Source: Thecamonas trahens ATCC 50062
Lineage: Eukaryota > Protista > Apusomonadida
Length of the DNA: 64,000 nucleotides
Assembly: GCF_000142905.1 (NCBI RefSeq)
Contig: NW_013657676.1
Location: forward strand, 558,001 to 622,000
Direction: 5' to 3'
The notes beneath the pieces were generated by a model. The model saw only the letters and a list, made by a program, of their open reading frames with translations, did not search any database and was not told the origin of the DNA. Both the position numbers and the translations under genes were made by a program. Of the stretch, positions 54,529 to 64,000 are shown in pieces (position 1 is the stretch's first letter; every line of letters begins with the position of its first letter).

Positions 54529-57500
54529 TTACTGCTGGTGGTGGTGGTGGTCATGATGGGGCGGCTGGGTCTGAGGCTGGGCCGAGGCCGGAACAAATAC
54601 CGGATATTCGGGGAGCGACAGGCCTGGCAGGGCCGGCATCGGTGTGACGGTGGGTGCAGGAGCGGGTGCGGTAGGGGCTGCGGCAGGGGTTGCGGCAGGG
54701 GTTGCGGCAGGGGTTGCGGCGAGCGAGGCCGGGGTGGGCGCAAAGGCACCGCCCACCATCTGCTGATGATGCATCTGGTGCATCTGCTGCTGCTGCTGCC
54801 ACTGCAGGTACTGCTGGTGCTGGAGCCACTGCTGGTGCTGGAGCCACTGCTGCTGTTGGGCCATGAGCTGGGCGTGAGACGGTACAGCGCCGACGGGCAT
54901 CGCCGGCACGGCGGCGCCTGGGGCGGGAGCGGGGGGAGGGACGACGGCGGGAGCGGGAGCGGAAGCAGGAGCACTGCCCTGGATCAATGACAGCAGCATC
55001 TTCCCGGCCTGGTTGGCATCGACAGGTGCGCGCTGCGGCGGAGCCTGGATGCCGGGCGCCGGAGGAATCGGGATGGCCGACAGCGGAGTCTTGGCGCCGC
55101 CCTTCTTCTTGCGGTTGCGGTTACGGCGCTTCTTCTTGCCCTGACCCTGGCTCTGACCCTGGCTCTGACCCTGGCTCTGACCCTGGCTCTGACCCTGGCC
55201 CTGACCCTGGCTCTGACCCTGGCCCTGACCCTGGCCCTGACCCTGGCTCTGGTTCTGCGGCTGTGCCAGCGATTGCGGCTTCTGAGCCTGCTGCTGGCCA
55301 GCGGGGTGGGCAGCCGGTGCACCCTGCTGCTTGCCACCACTGCGCGAAGACTGGCCTGACGAACGGCGCTGGTTGTTGGACCGCTTGCCTCGGCCGCCAC
55401 CACCACCACCACCACCGCCGCCGCCGCCGCGCGAACGCGACGGGCCCGCACTCGCAGCAGGCGACGGAGTGGCGGCCCGGCGCGAGGAGAGGTTGACGAG
55501 GACGCCGAGTGGGACAGACATGCCGCGCTGGTGCGAGACAAGGCCGCCAAGCGAGACGCCACCTAGCATCGGCTTGTCGAGAAGAACCTTGATCGACTCG
55601 TCGTCGACACCAACGACGACGCCGCGGACGCCAAACGGCATCTTACCAGCGGGCGCGACCGAGACGACGCGGTCGCCGATGGCAAACGAGGTCGTGTTGG
55701 CGTTGGCCGGCGGAATCCATCCAGTCTCCTCGCGGGCAAAAACATCGGCATACGAGACAGTGACCTCGGTGGGCTCAGATGTCTTGGCGTCGGCAGCCTT
55801 GACCTGCTTGTCGAGCGCGCGCTCGAGGTTGGCCACAACATCGGGCGCGGCGACTTGGGTGGTGACCGGGACCATCGGCGCCTTCCAGAACGGCTGCTGT
55901 CGGAACCAGGCCTCGATCTCCTTGACGTACCCGATACCGCCCTCGTTGGCAAAGAGCTTGTTGGCATCAAACTTGTCGAGACGCGAGTTCTTCTCGAGCA
56001 CCTTGAACACCGCCGGGAACTTGGCCTTGTACTCTTTGAGCAGCGCGACAGCGAGCGGCGAGTAGAACCAGTCGAACCGCTTCGACTTGGCGTCCCACAT
56101 TTCCTCGACGTAGCCGAGTCGCTTGAGCCGTTTCGAGTTGAGCTTGAGCTTGAGCCCAAGGTTGCCGCGACCGGGCTCGACAAAGACGAGGCCCATGAGG
56201 CGGGCGAGGGCGCCGAACGAGGTCTTAACCTTCTTCGCCATCGCACCCATGGTGATAAAGCCGGTGTTGGTGGCCGAGGAGTTGAGCACGCCGGCACCAA
56301 CATTCGCCACGTTCTTGGGGCCGGTCATGGAGACAACAACCTTGCCCTTGGCGTCGGGCGCAGGCCCGACGACAATGCCCGACGAGCCGTAGTACTCGAC
56401 GGCCTTGCCCTTGGGCAGGTGGACCACGAGCTGACCAGCCGGGTGGCGCTCCGCCGGCGGCACGGCGTTGCGGGTGGCAAACCGCGGGTCGCCAGCGCGG
56501 CCCTCGCCGTGAGCAAGGTCGTCCGGGCGGACAATGAGCGAGAGCGGAATCTTCTCCCGCACCTGCGCGTACTGGACTGAGGTGGCACCAGTCTTGGACG
56601 AGCGAAGCAGGCGTTCGGCGCGCTGCACAACGACAAAGACACCGACGCCGCGGCGGCCATCGTCTGGGTTCGAGACCTCGATAGCCTTCTGGAAGTAGTA
56701 GTCGCCAGCAGATGAGGCGTAGTCGCGGACAAAGCCTGAAGCCTCGGCCTTGGAAAAGGCGCGGTACTTGCCGGCAGCGTTGATGGCGCCATGCGGCGCC
56801 TCGAGGCCGACGACTCGGGCCTGGAACAAGTACGGCGCATCAACGTAGACCACCGTCGAGAGCAGGGTCGACGCGAGGTTCGAGAGCGCAGCAGCGTCGG
56901 CCTCGGCCACGTCCAGCTCGGCTTCAGTGTCGAGCTCGAGAACGAGCGACGGGTGCTTCGACGGGTAGTTGAAGACCTTGACCGGGACAGCGGTGAGTCG
57001 GGTCGAGACAATCGGCAGGTAGGCGAGCGAGGGAAAGAGAAACGGGCCAGCGGAACCAAGTGCCACGCCATCGGTCAGTCGCGACTGGTAGCGCACAATC
57101 TCTGGGAGCGAGTACGTCGCCACCGAAGTGTGGGTCTCGACAATGTCCGGCAGTCGCGCCGGGTATGGTGAGGTGTAGCCCTCGGTCACCGACGGGTCGT
57201 GCGCGTACAGCTTCTCGCTACCGTACGAGTTGCGGTGCAGCTCGGCAGCGGTGAGCGCCGACGCCGGAATCGAGTCGTGGGCAGCGACGAGTGAGGCTTC
57301 GTCGAGGAACGGGAGGAGGACGACACCCTCCCACTCGTTGCGCTTGCCGTTCATGTCGACATCAAAGTCCTCGGGGTACATGTCGATGATGGGCGAGTCG
57401 TCATCGGTCATCAGTCGCCGGTACGGCTCGGGGAGGAGCTGCGCCGAAGCGGCCGGCAGGACGGAGAGCAGCTGCTGGAATGGCTTGAACGGCGTCCCGA

Positions 57501-57845
57501 GCTCAAAGTGGAACTCGAGGTCGGCGAGGTCGCGCAAGTCGGACGTGATCGGCGCGTAGTGGTACGGGTAGAACCACGACCACGAAGCGACGCCGTGGTA
57601 GTAGTAGTGGAGGACCCAGAGTAGGCCCTCGATGTACGCCTCCTTCATCGCCTGTCGGTCGGCCTCGGCGTAGGTACCAAACTTGGACATGTAGTACGCC
57701 TGCTTCCACGCGTTCTTCTCCTCGGCGAGGTCGTCAGCAGCGGCTGCGGCGAGCACGGCAGCCTCGCCCGCGTCGAGCACCGCAGTGTCGGCGAGCGAGT
57801 CGGTGTTCGGGTCAAAGTAGACAACAACCTCGGCGTCCGAGCCGA

Positions 57846-57876
<31 letters not shown>

Positions 57877-59857
57877 AACGCCCATCGACGCGAGGTCAGC
57901 AGCAAGGAGCGAGGGCTTGGCAGCGCCGGTCTTGGCCTTGGCCTTAGTTTTCGGGCTGGCGCCCGGCTGCGGCGTAGAGGCCGAGGTGGTCCCAGAGCTA
58001 GCGGACGCGGTGGCGCCACGGCGGACAGCCTCGACGGCCGAGGCGTTTGCCGAGGCCGATGAGTCGGTGATGACACCATCGCCGGTGGAACGGGAGCCGA
58101 CCTTGGCACCCTTGCCGCGGCCGCGGCCCTTGCCCTTGCCCTTGCCGGACTTGTGGCCCTTCCAAGCCTCGTCGACAATGGACGAGGCAAAGAGGTCGAG
58201 CTCGTACTCGGCAAGTTCGGCGACAAAGACCTCCATGCGGGCGAGATTGAGCTCGCCCGAGTTGTTGATGTAGCCGCCGAGAGTGGGGAGGACACGCTTG
58301 TAGGTGTTGAAGATGGTGTCGAGAGCGCCCTCGGCAATGTCGAGGAACGGAAGCGTGGGCAGAAAGTCGTTGCCGATGAGGAAGCAAATGAAGATCCAGT
58401 CGTCAATGATGCGCTCGACGTCAAACTCGAATGGGAGCTCGAGCTCCGAGTACTCAAACTCGAGGTACTCGCGGAGGAGCGCCAGCGAGAGGAACATGAA
58501 CTTGTCCGAGCCACGCGAGTTGCCGCGGCCAAAGGTGACTTCCTCGCGGAGAAGCGCAAAGTGCGGCTCGTGGGTGAGGAGGCCGAGGAAGATGAGGTCT
58601 GCGTCCAGGCCGTACATGCAGTGGCGCACGTTCGGGTTGTAGCCCGGCTGCATCTTGGAGCGGCGGATGAACTCCATGATCTTGTGCTCGCCCTCGCCGG
58701 GCACCTCGTGGCCCGAAAGGATCACGTCCGGCACCTGCCAGTTGGCGTCGGTCTTGATCTTGCTCCGGATAAAGTACTCCAGGTACGCGGTCAGCCGCGC
58801 CATAAACTCGGTGCCCGGCGTAATGCAGTTGGAGTCAAACTGCTCCAGCTCGGCCAGCGCGGGGTTGACCTTCAGCTTCTTGGCGTACAGCACCTCACGC
58901 TCCTTGGCGGAGCGGAACCGGCGTGCACGCTGCTGGTTCATCTTGGCCCGCGGCGCCACGCCGTCGATGGCCATGAACAGCACCTTTTGCGGGCGGACAA
59001 GCTGAACAAGCCGGTCAAGGTACCGTCCGATGGCGGCAAACATCTCGTCCTCGGTCAGATGAAAGTTCGGATCGGTGTCGTCCGGATGGGTAGCGTTGTG
59101 CACAATGCCATTCATGTCAAAGTAGAGATTGTCTGGGATGTTGGAGAGGTGAGGAGATGCCGGCAGGAAGAGGAGGAAAGGGGGGAGATTACGGGCTGCA
59201 GGCCCCGAGAGAACGTGGAGAAAACCACAGAAGACCACGTAGAAGAGACCACACAGGGCAAGTTACAGCAAGTACGTACCAAAGACCGGATTGTGATCAG
59301 CATTGGTGATGAACGAGTTGATGAGAGCATACCGCTCCGAGACAAAGCGGTAGAACTTGGGCACCTGCTCGCGGTGACGGTGAGCCGGTTGGGGGTGGGG
59401 GGGGGGGGGGGGGGGGGGTGGGGGCTGAGTGTGGGGGGCNNNNNNNNNNNNNNNNNNNNNNNNNNNNNNNNNNNNNNNNNNNNNNNNNNNNNNNNNNNNN
59501 NNNNNNNNNNNNNNNNNNNNNNNNNNNNNNNNNNNNNNNGTCGCAGGCGTGCCGAATGACTATGATGTCGGCCCAAGCCCTGAAGGAAGACGACAGCATC
59601 CTTCCCGAGATCCCACCACGTCACCAGTCGCGTCAAGCATCCAGTGCTCCGCCTCCGAGCGCACAAAGCAGTCGTGGTACTTGCGCAGATGATACGTCCG
59701 TTTCTTGATCTCCAGACCAGACCCAGAATGCGGAAGCTCGAGGATGAGGTCATCGAGTGTGGGGGGCAGGGGCAGGGAAGGGAGACGAGAGGGGGTGGGT
59801 GGGAGGGTGGGGCGGGGGGCGGGGGGGCGGGGGTCTTGGCTGAGTGCGTACTCCCAT
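54529..59857 (-). CDS. XRN1: 5'-3' exoribonuclease 1; exons 59857-59852 (tentative, across gap), 59364-59280 and 59132-54529
   Basis: MG|VPKFYRFVSERY, DNLYFDMNGIVH, AIDGVAPRAKMNQQR, FDSNCITPGTEFM, PGEGEHKI, YGLDADLI, GNDFLP and SWSWFYPYHYAP. The long C-terminal extension (NLGLKLK, IGDRVV, PFGVRG) indicates XRN1 rather than XRN2. Confidence 0.95.
55138..55252 (-). repeat. 12-bp coding tandem repeat (QGQS/QGQG) in the XRN1 C-terminal disordered region
   Basis: About nine CTGACCCTGGCY units on the + strand. Confidence 0.9.
59440..59539. other. Assembly gap (100 N)
   Basis: N run next to a poly-G tract. Confidence 1.
59540..59760 (-). pseudogene. DEP-domain coding fragment with frameshifts
   Basis: Translates as LDDLILELPHSGSGLEIKKRTYHLRKYHDCFVRSEAEHWML...SRE/DAVVFLQGL/ADIIVIRHACD, matching the DEP consensus. 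Confidence 0.7.
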
Positions 59858-60020
59858 GGTGGGTAAGGGTGTGCGAGAGTGAGAGGTGGGTGGGCGTGTG
59901 AGGGCGGAAGTCAGTCACTTGCTTGAGTTGCCTGGAATGAGGTCGCTCTCGTTGTTATTATGCAATAATATTCGTTTCCGTTTCGATCGGCTGCAGAGGG
60001 AGTTTGGCCGTAACTCTAAG

Positions 60021-60357
60021 CGGTACGGTCGTCGTTCAGACACGTTGTCGCGCGTCAATAAGTGGACAACGCGATGATGCTTGACTTCCAGGTCACCGGC
60101 CGGCGCTGCGCGACGCCTGCTTGGCCTGCGGCTCGAGGTGAGAGGCGCGCATGCACGTGATGGCGGCCGATAGGTAGACGCCCGCCTGAAGAATGCCCGA
60201 CCTGGGAGTATGGGCGAGGCGCGCGAGGTGGCGTACGGCGCGGACGGTGCGGAGCTTGTTGTTGACGACCCCGACGACCGGGAAGGAGAGCATGACAGAG
60301 TTGAACACAGCGGCCGGACGGGAGAGCACGACGATGTTGTGGATCTTCTTGCGATGG
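60021..60357 (-). repeat. Dispersed repeat copy B (inverted relative to 43613-43897)
   Basis: Shares AAGAAGATCCACAAC, ATGCTCTCCTTCCCGGTCGTCGGGGTCG and GACCTGGAARTCAAGCATCATCG with copy A. Confidence 0.85.
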
Positions 60358-60607
60358 ACGAGCTGGCCGGTCGGCGTGGCCGTTGCCGACATGAGGAGCG
60401 ATGGCTGCAATCAGAAAAAAACAAGGTCAAATCGAGCCATTTTGCCTCGCGAGCAGTCGCGGCAACATCGGCAGCGCGCCGCAACAGCGCTAGCCACCCA
60501 AGCTTCGGGAGCCGAGACTACTGCACTAGTCGGACCAAGGCTTAGAGGACGAGCTAGGCTTGCATATAGGCGAGATTTTGCTGTCGTGAGTGTCGTTGTT
60601 GTCGAGC

Positions 60608-61990
60608 ATGCAAAGGTCAAGCTCGGGTAGGTTCACCGCGTGTGGATCGTGGGCGAGGCTGCTCGGCATGAATGTGCGGGTCGGAAGGGTGATCATGGTG
60701 GTGCTGCTGGGGTGGTTGATGTACCAAATGACGGTGACGCTTACGTATACGCTGCGACCGAGGGGTAGAGCAAGCCACGTGCATGATCAGGCGCAGAAGG
60801 CACGCGATGCCAAGGTTACAGCGCTCGAGGCCCGCATCGACCATCTCGAGCGGCTAGCGTCGACACGATCGCGGCAACACGCAGCGCTAGCGACGGCGCA
60901 ACTGGCCAAACATGGACAAGAGGCCGAGAGCTGGGCAACGTACCTTGGGCTTGATGATGCCGACGTGGCCGAGATCGACGACCGAAGCGTGCCGGATGAG
61001 GTGCGGCGGAGTAGTGGGAGCGGGCGCAAGGCTGGTGAGCCGCTGCGGGTACTTATCTTCTCATGGGCGACCGAGGACACATACACCAAGTACGAGACCG
61101 AGGTGTACTGGAAGGCATGCTATGCGGCCACCCACGGATATGATCTGATCATCACCGATGAGCTCGATCCCAAGCTTGTGGCCGCTGAGGCCGCCGATGG
61201 CGACGATGAGTACTCGCAGGAAGGCTGGTACCGTGAGGAGCGGATGTACGCGTGGCACAAGGCGCTGACGCGACATCTGGTCTCGGGCGAGTACGACCTG
61301 GTGTACATGATTGGCGCAGACACGCTCCTTGTCCCGCCGATGATGAACTTTGCACTCACACGGTACTACGAGGGCCACCCGCTGACCATCATGGATCAGA
61401 AGTTCCAGTTCTGGGGCTACAACCAGAACGCGCTGCTGTTCTCGACACAGGCGGCCGGATCGTGGCTTGAGGCATTTCGTGCCGTTTTCTTTGCGCGGCA
61501 CAAGCAGTTTACACTCCAGTCGGACAACGGCTCGTTCATGGAGACGATGCTCGAGTTTCTCGGCGCCGAGGCCGAGCTCAACGGACTCCCGGGCTATGAT
61601 GGCAAGTGCGGCAAGCTTGCAGTGCTGGACATACCGGCCGGCAAGCTTGCCAAGATAGACTTTTCGACCTACGAGGCGACGATGCTCGCTTACAGCGAGT
61701 GTTTCTTCCCGGAGCTCGGCCGGCTAGCCGGGCCGTACAACGAGCGCAAGTCGTCGTTCGTCAACTTTGTGGCCCACACCGACGAACGGCCGTGGGCCAA
61801 CTGCTGGGGTGGCCTCCGGCTCAACCATCCGGATGAGTGGCGCTCACGCTGCTTCGGTATCCATCTCAACGGCGCTGGCCGTGACGCGAGCATGATTAGC
61901 AACTTTCCGCACCCGGCGGAGTGCGAGGCGCCCGGCTTTGACTGGGACTCGCACGAGTACAACCCCGCCAACCGGGGCACGGCAGGATGA
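60608..61990 (+). CDS. Type II membrane glycosyltransferase, GT34 (Mnn10/GMA12)-like
   Basis: N-terminal TM and coiled-coil stem; WKACYAATHGYD, AWHK, YDLVYMIGADTL and YNQNALLF follow the GT34 motif order. Confidence 0.65.
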   Translation: MQRSSSGRFTACGSWARLLGMNVRVGRVIMVVLLGWLMYQMTVTLTYTLRPRGRASHVHDQAQKARDAKVTALEARIDHLERLASTRSRQHAALATAQLAKHGQEAESWATYLGLDDADVAEIDDRSVPDEVRRSSGSGRKAGEPLRVLIFSWATEDTYTKYETEVYWKACYAATHGYDLIITDELDPKLVAAEAADGDDEYSQEGWYREERMYAWHKALTRHLVSGEYDLVYMIGADTLLVPPMMNFALTRYYEGHPLTIMDQKFQFWGYNQNALLFSTQAAGSWLEAFRAVFFARHKQFTLQSDNGSFMETMLEFLGAEAELNGLPGYDGKCGKLAVLDIPAGKLAKIDFSTYEATMLAYSECFFPELGRLAGPYNERKSSFVNFVAHTDERPWANCWGGLRLNHPDEWRSRCFGIHLNGAGRDASMISNFPHPAECEAPGFDWDSHEYNPANRGTAG

Positions 61991-61992
61991 CG

Positions 61993-62639
61993 TCACGTCG
62001 CACTGTCAGCAGCCACGTACCAGGCTGCAGCCCGAGCGGCAGCGCTTGGCCCAAAGGCGTAGTCGATGACTATCTCGCTCCCGGCGGCAATGTCAGTGGC
62101 GGCGACGAGGGCCGCGCCATGGATGACGTTGTCGGCGGATGTGGTAAAGTCTGCGTTGGGGACCCGCGCAATTTGATCGCTATCCAGCGTAGTCAGATCA
62201 AACACTATCGACTGGACGCGGGCGTTGGAGCTTCTGGTCCGGCATGATTGGCAAAGTGGCCGACGGCGACGTAGCTATCGCCATCATCAAAGGCTCGCGC
62301 CAGGCTCGGCCAGCCCGCCGAGCGGTAGCGATCGACACAGGACCGCCATACCGTGGTAGACAAGGCCGAGATGGCGACAGCTCCATCAAGTACTCTTTGC
62401 ACACATGGGAGAGCAAGGAGGTACTCGTTGTCCACATACGCCGGATTGAGCGACATAATGGCAACCTGATCGTCAGAGAAAGACACGCCTGGGTAGAGGG
62501 CAATGACAGAGCCAGTGAGAATGGCGTCTCGGGCAAAGAGACCAGCACCGGCACCAGGTATGAGCGAGTCTTGTACAGTTACTTGGCTTTGGTAGTCTGC
62601 GTCGAGAAGCTCGAGCGCTGCGGAAGAGGTGGCGCTCAT
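61993..62639 (-). CDS. SET-domain protein (SETD9-like); apparent frameshift at 62225-62228
   Basis: SLIPGAGAGLF, ALYPG and GHFANH, then after the shift PN...LVAATDIAAGSEIVIDY...WY. Confidence 0.85.
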
Positions 62640-62711
62640 GCTGGTGTGGGCGATGGCGACAGGTGGTGAGCGGGAGCAGCAAGATGTGTCGGGCGGGGCA
62701 TTGACGGCATT

Positions 62712-64000
62712 TCATTCAAGATCATCACGATCGTCGAGATTGTCGAGATCGAGCGAGGGCGAGTGGAGCAAAGGTGTTGGGGCGATGGCGGCTGGCGAGG
62801 GAAGAGGTGGTGCCGCGGCGCGAGGCGGGCTGGAGAGTGTCGAGGCCGCGGGGACAATGTCAAGGACGGCGGCGTGGAAGGGGGCAAGGGTCGAGCGGTG
62901 GCCAACCGAGACGAAGCGGATGCCGTGGACATGGAGAAGGTTGTACAGACTAGCCTCGGTCTGCTCGTCAAGGGCAGAGGTGGCCTCATCAAGCACCGCA
63001 CAGCGCGGGCGGGCATAAAGCAGTCGCGCAAAGGCCAGCCGCTGCTGCTCGCCGACAGAGAGAGTAGCATGCAGGTCTAGCGGAGTGAAGAGGCCGACGC
63101 CGAGCTGGCGCGGTAGATCAGCAAGGCCGACGTCGGCAAGGACCTTGCGCAGCTCGAGCGCGTCGTCGCGAGTGGGAGAAGACGGAACTGGCGCCGGGTA
63201 GGCGAGCGCAGCAGCAAACGACGAGCGCGAGCCGCCCAGGTACGGGACCTGTGGGACAAAGGCGAGGTGCTCGGACGGGCGAGTGATGGTGCCGGCAAAC
63301 GGCCAGAGGCCAGCGATGGCGCGTAGAAGCGACGACTTGCCGCAGCCGGACGGACCGCGGATGAGGAGGCCGCCACGCGGAACAGACACACTCACGTCCT
63401 GCAGGAGAACGCGACCGGTCGGGGTGCAGACAGTGACGCAGTCAAGGTCAAGCATGTCCGAGTCGGCGTCGATAAGGATGCCTGCATCCGGCTCGGGTGC
63501 GCTGGCGTCGTCGAGCGCGGTGCGGAGGGTGGCAAGACGTGCGGTGAGGCCGGCGGCGAGGGTGAGCTGCTTGGACAGTTCCAGGAGCTGCGTGAACGAG
63601 TAGATGAGGTAGATGGCGTAGAACGAGGTTTTGGAGATGATTTCGGCGGTCTCGCCGGGCGACTTGTGCTCGTAGCGACCGTGAAAGATCGGGATGGAGA
63701 CAATGAGGTACGAGAGAATACCGCCGAGCCCAGCAAAGAACCGAGTGGAGAGGTCAAGCGGAAACTCTCGCCAGATGATGGCGCGCGCGTTGGAGACAAG
63801 GCGGCGGAGCGAGACGGCAAGGCCAGCGCTCTCGGCATCAGCGCCGGAGAGAAAGGCGATCGACTCGGCGTAGGTCCGGACTCGGGCGTGGCCGTAGCGG
63901 TAGTTTCCCTCGAGCCGCTCTTGCGCAAAGATGAAGGCCACGATCGGCGAGAGCAGGAACTTGTTGATGATGGTGGCGACGAGAAAGTAGCCGTAGATGT
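62712..64000 (-). CDS. ABC transporter subfamily D (ABCD4-like), 5'-truncated by the window edge
   Basis: EAA-like EGNYRYGHARVRTYAESIAF, Walker A GPSGCGKS, signature LSVGEQQRLAFARLL, LDEATSALD and SVGHR. Confidence 0.9.
   Translation of the reverse strand, partial: IYGYFLVATIINKFLLSPIVAFIFAQERLEGNYRYGHARVRTYAESIAFLSGADAESAGLAVSLRRLVSNARAIIWREFPLDLSTRFFAGLGGILSYLIVSIPIFHGRYEHKSPGETAEIISKTSFYAIYLIYSFTQLLELSKQLTLAAGLTARLATLRTALDDASAPEPDAGILIDADSDMLDLDCVTVCTPTGRVLLQDVSVSVPRGGLLIRGPSGCGKSSLLRAIAGLWPFAGTITRPSEHLAFVPQVPYLGGSRSSFAAALAYPAPVPSSPTRDDALELRKVLADVGLADLPRQLGVGLFTPLDLHATLSVGEQQRLAFARLLYARPRCAVLDEATSALDEQTEASLYNLLHVHGIRFVSVGHRSTLAPFHAAVLDIVPAASTLSSPPRAAAPPLPSPAAIAPTPLLHSPSLDLDNLDDRDDLE

Noticed and set aside
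59540-59760. DEP fragment as the missing DEP domain of PIKfyve
   Set aside because: It lies 35 kb away on the opposite strand, and non-animal Fab1 proteins commonly lack DEP.
1-64000. Window as a functional cell-division gene cluster (DCTN1, MZT1, cyclin, ORC1, CENP-I)
   Set aside because: These genes are interspersed with unrelated ones, and enrichment cannot be shown without genome-wide statistics.

Overview
GC-rich, extremely gene-dense eukaryotic nuclear DNA with about 24 protein-coding genes. The few short introns sit near the 5' ends of genes and mostly have GTACG donors. Gene content and style suggest a unicellular relative of the opisthokonts, possibly an apusomonad such as Thecamonas; this is inference only. 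Recognisable genes are dynactin p150, inositol monophosphatase, APEX2, MZT1, RBM28/Nop4, PIKfyve/Fab1, a beta-hydroxyacid dehydrogenase, ORC1, a three-C1 diacylglycerol kinase, CENP-I, Spinster, XRN1, a GT34-like glycosyltransferase, a SET protein and an ABCD4-like transporter. The most unusual items are: (1) a single-pass receptor joining a Venus-flytrap ectodomain to a class I cyclic-nucleotide phosphodiesterase with a degenerate active site; (2) an ankyrin-repeat/cyclin fusion lacking the CDK-binding Lys/Glu pair, head-to-head with ORC1; (3) a tandem pair of two-TM proteins with DEG/ENaC/PAC-like topology; (4) a non-canonical Cdc123/R2K-type ATP-grasp enzyme; (5) a p150 lacking CAP-Gly; (6) six or seven genes each broken by a one-base deficit, most likely assembly error; (7) a DEP-domain fragment inside the predicted first XRN1 intron, next to a 100-N gap. 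No RNA genes, CRISPR arrays or intact transposons were seen.
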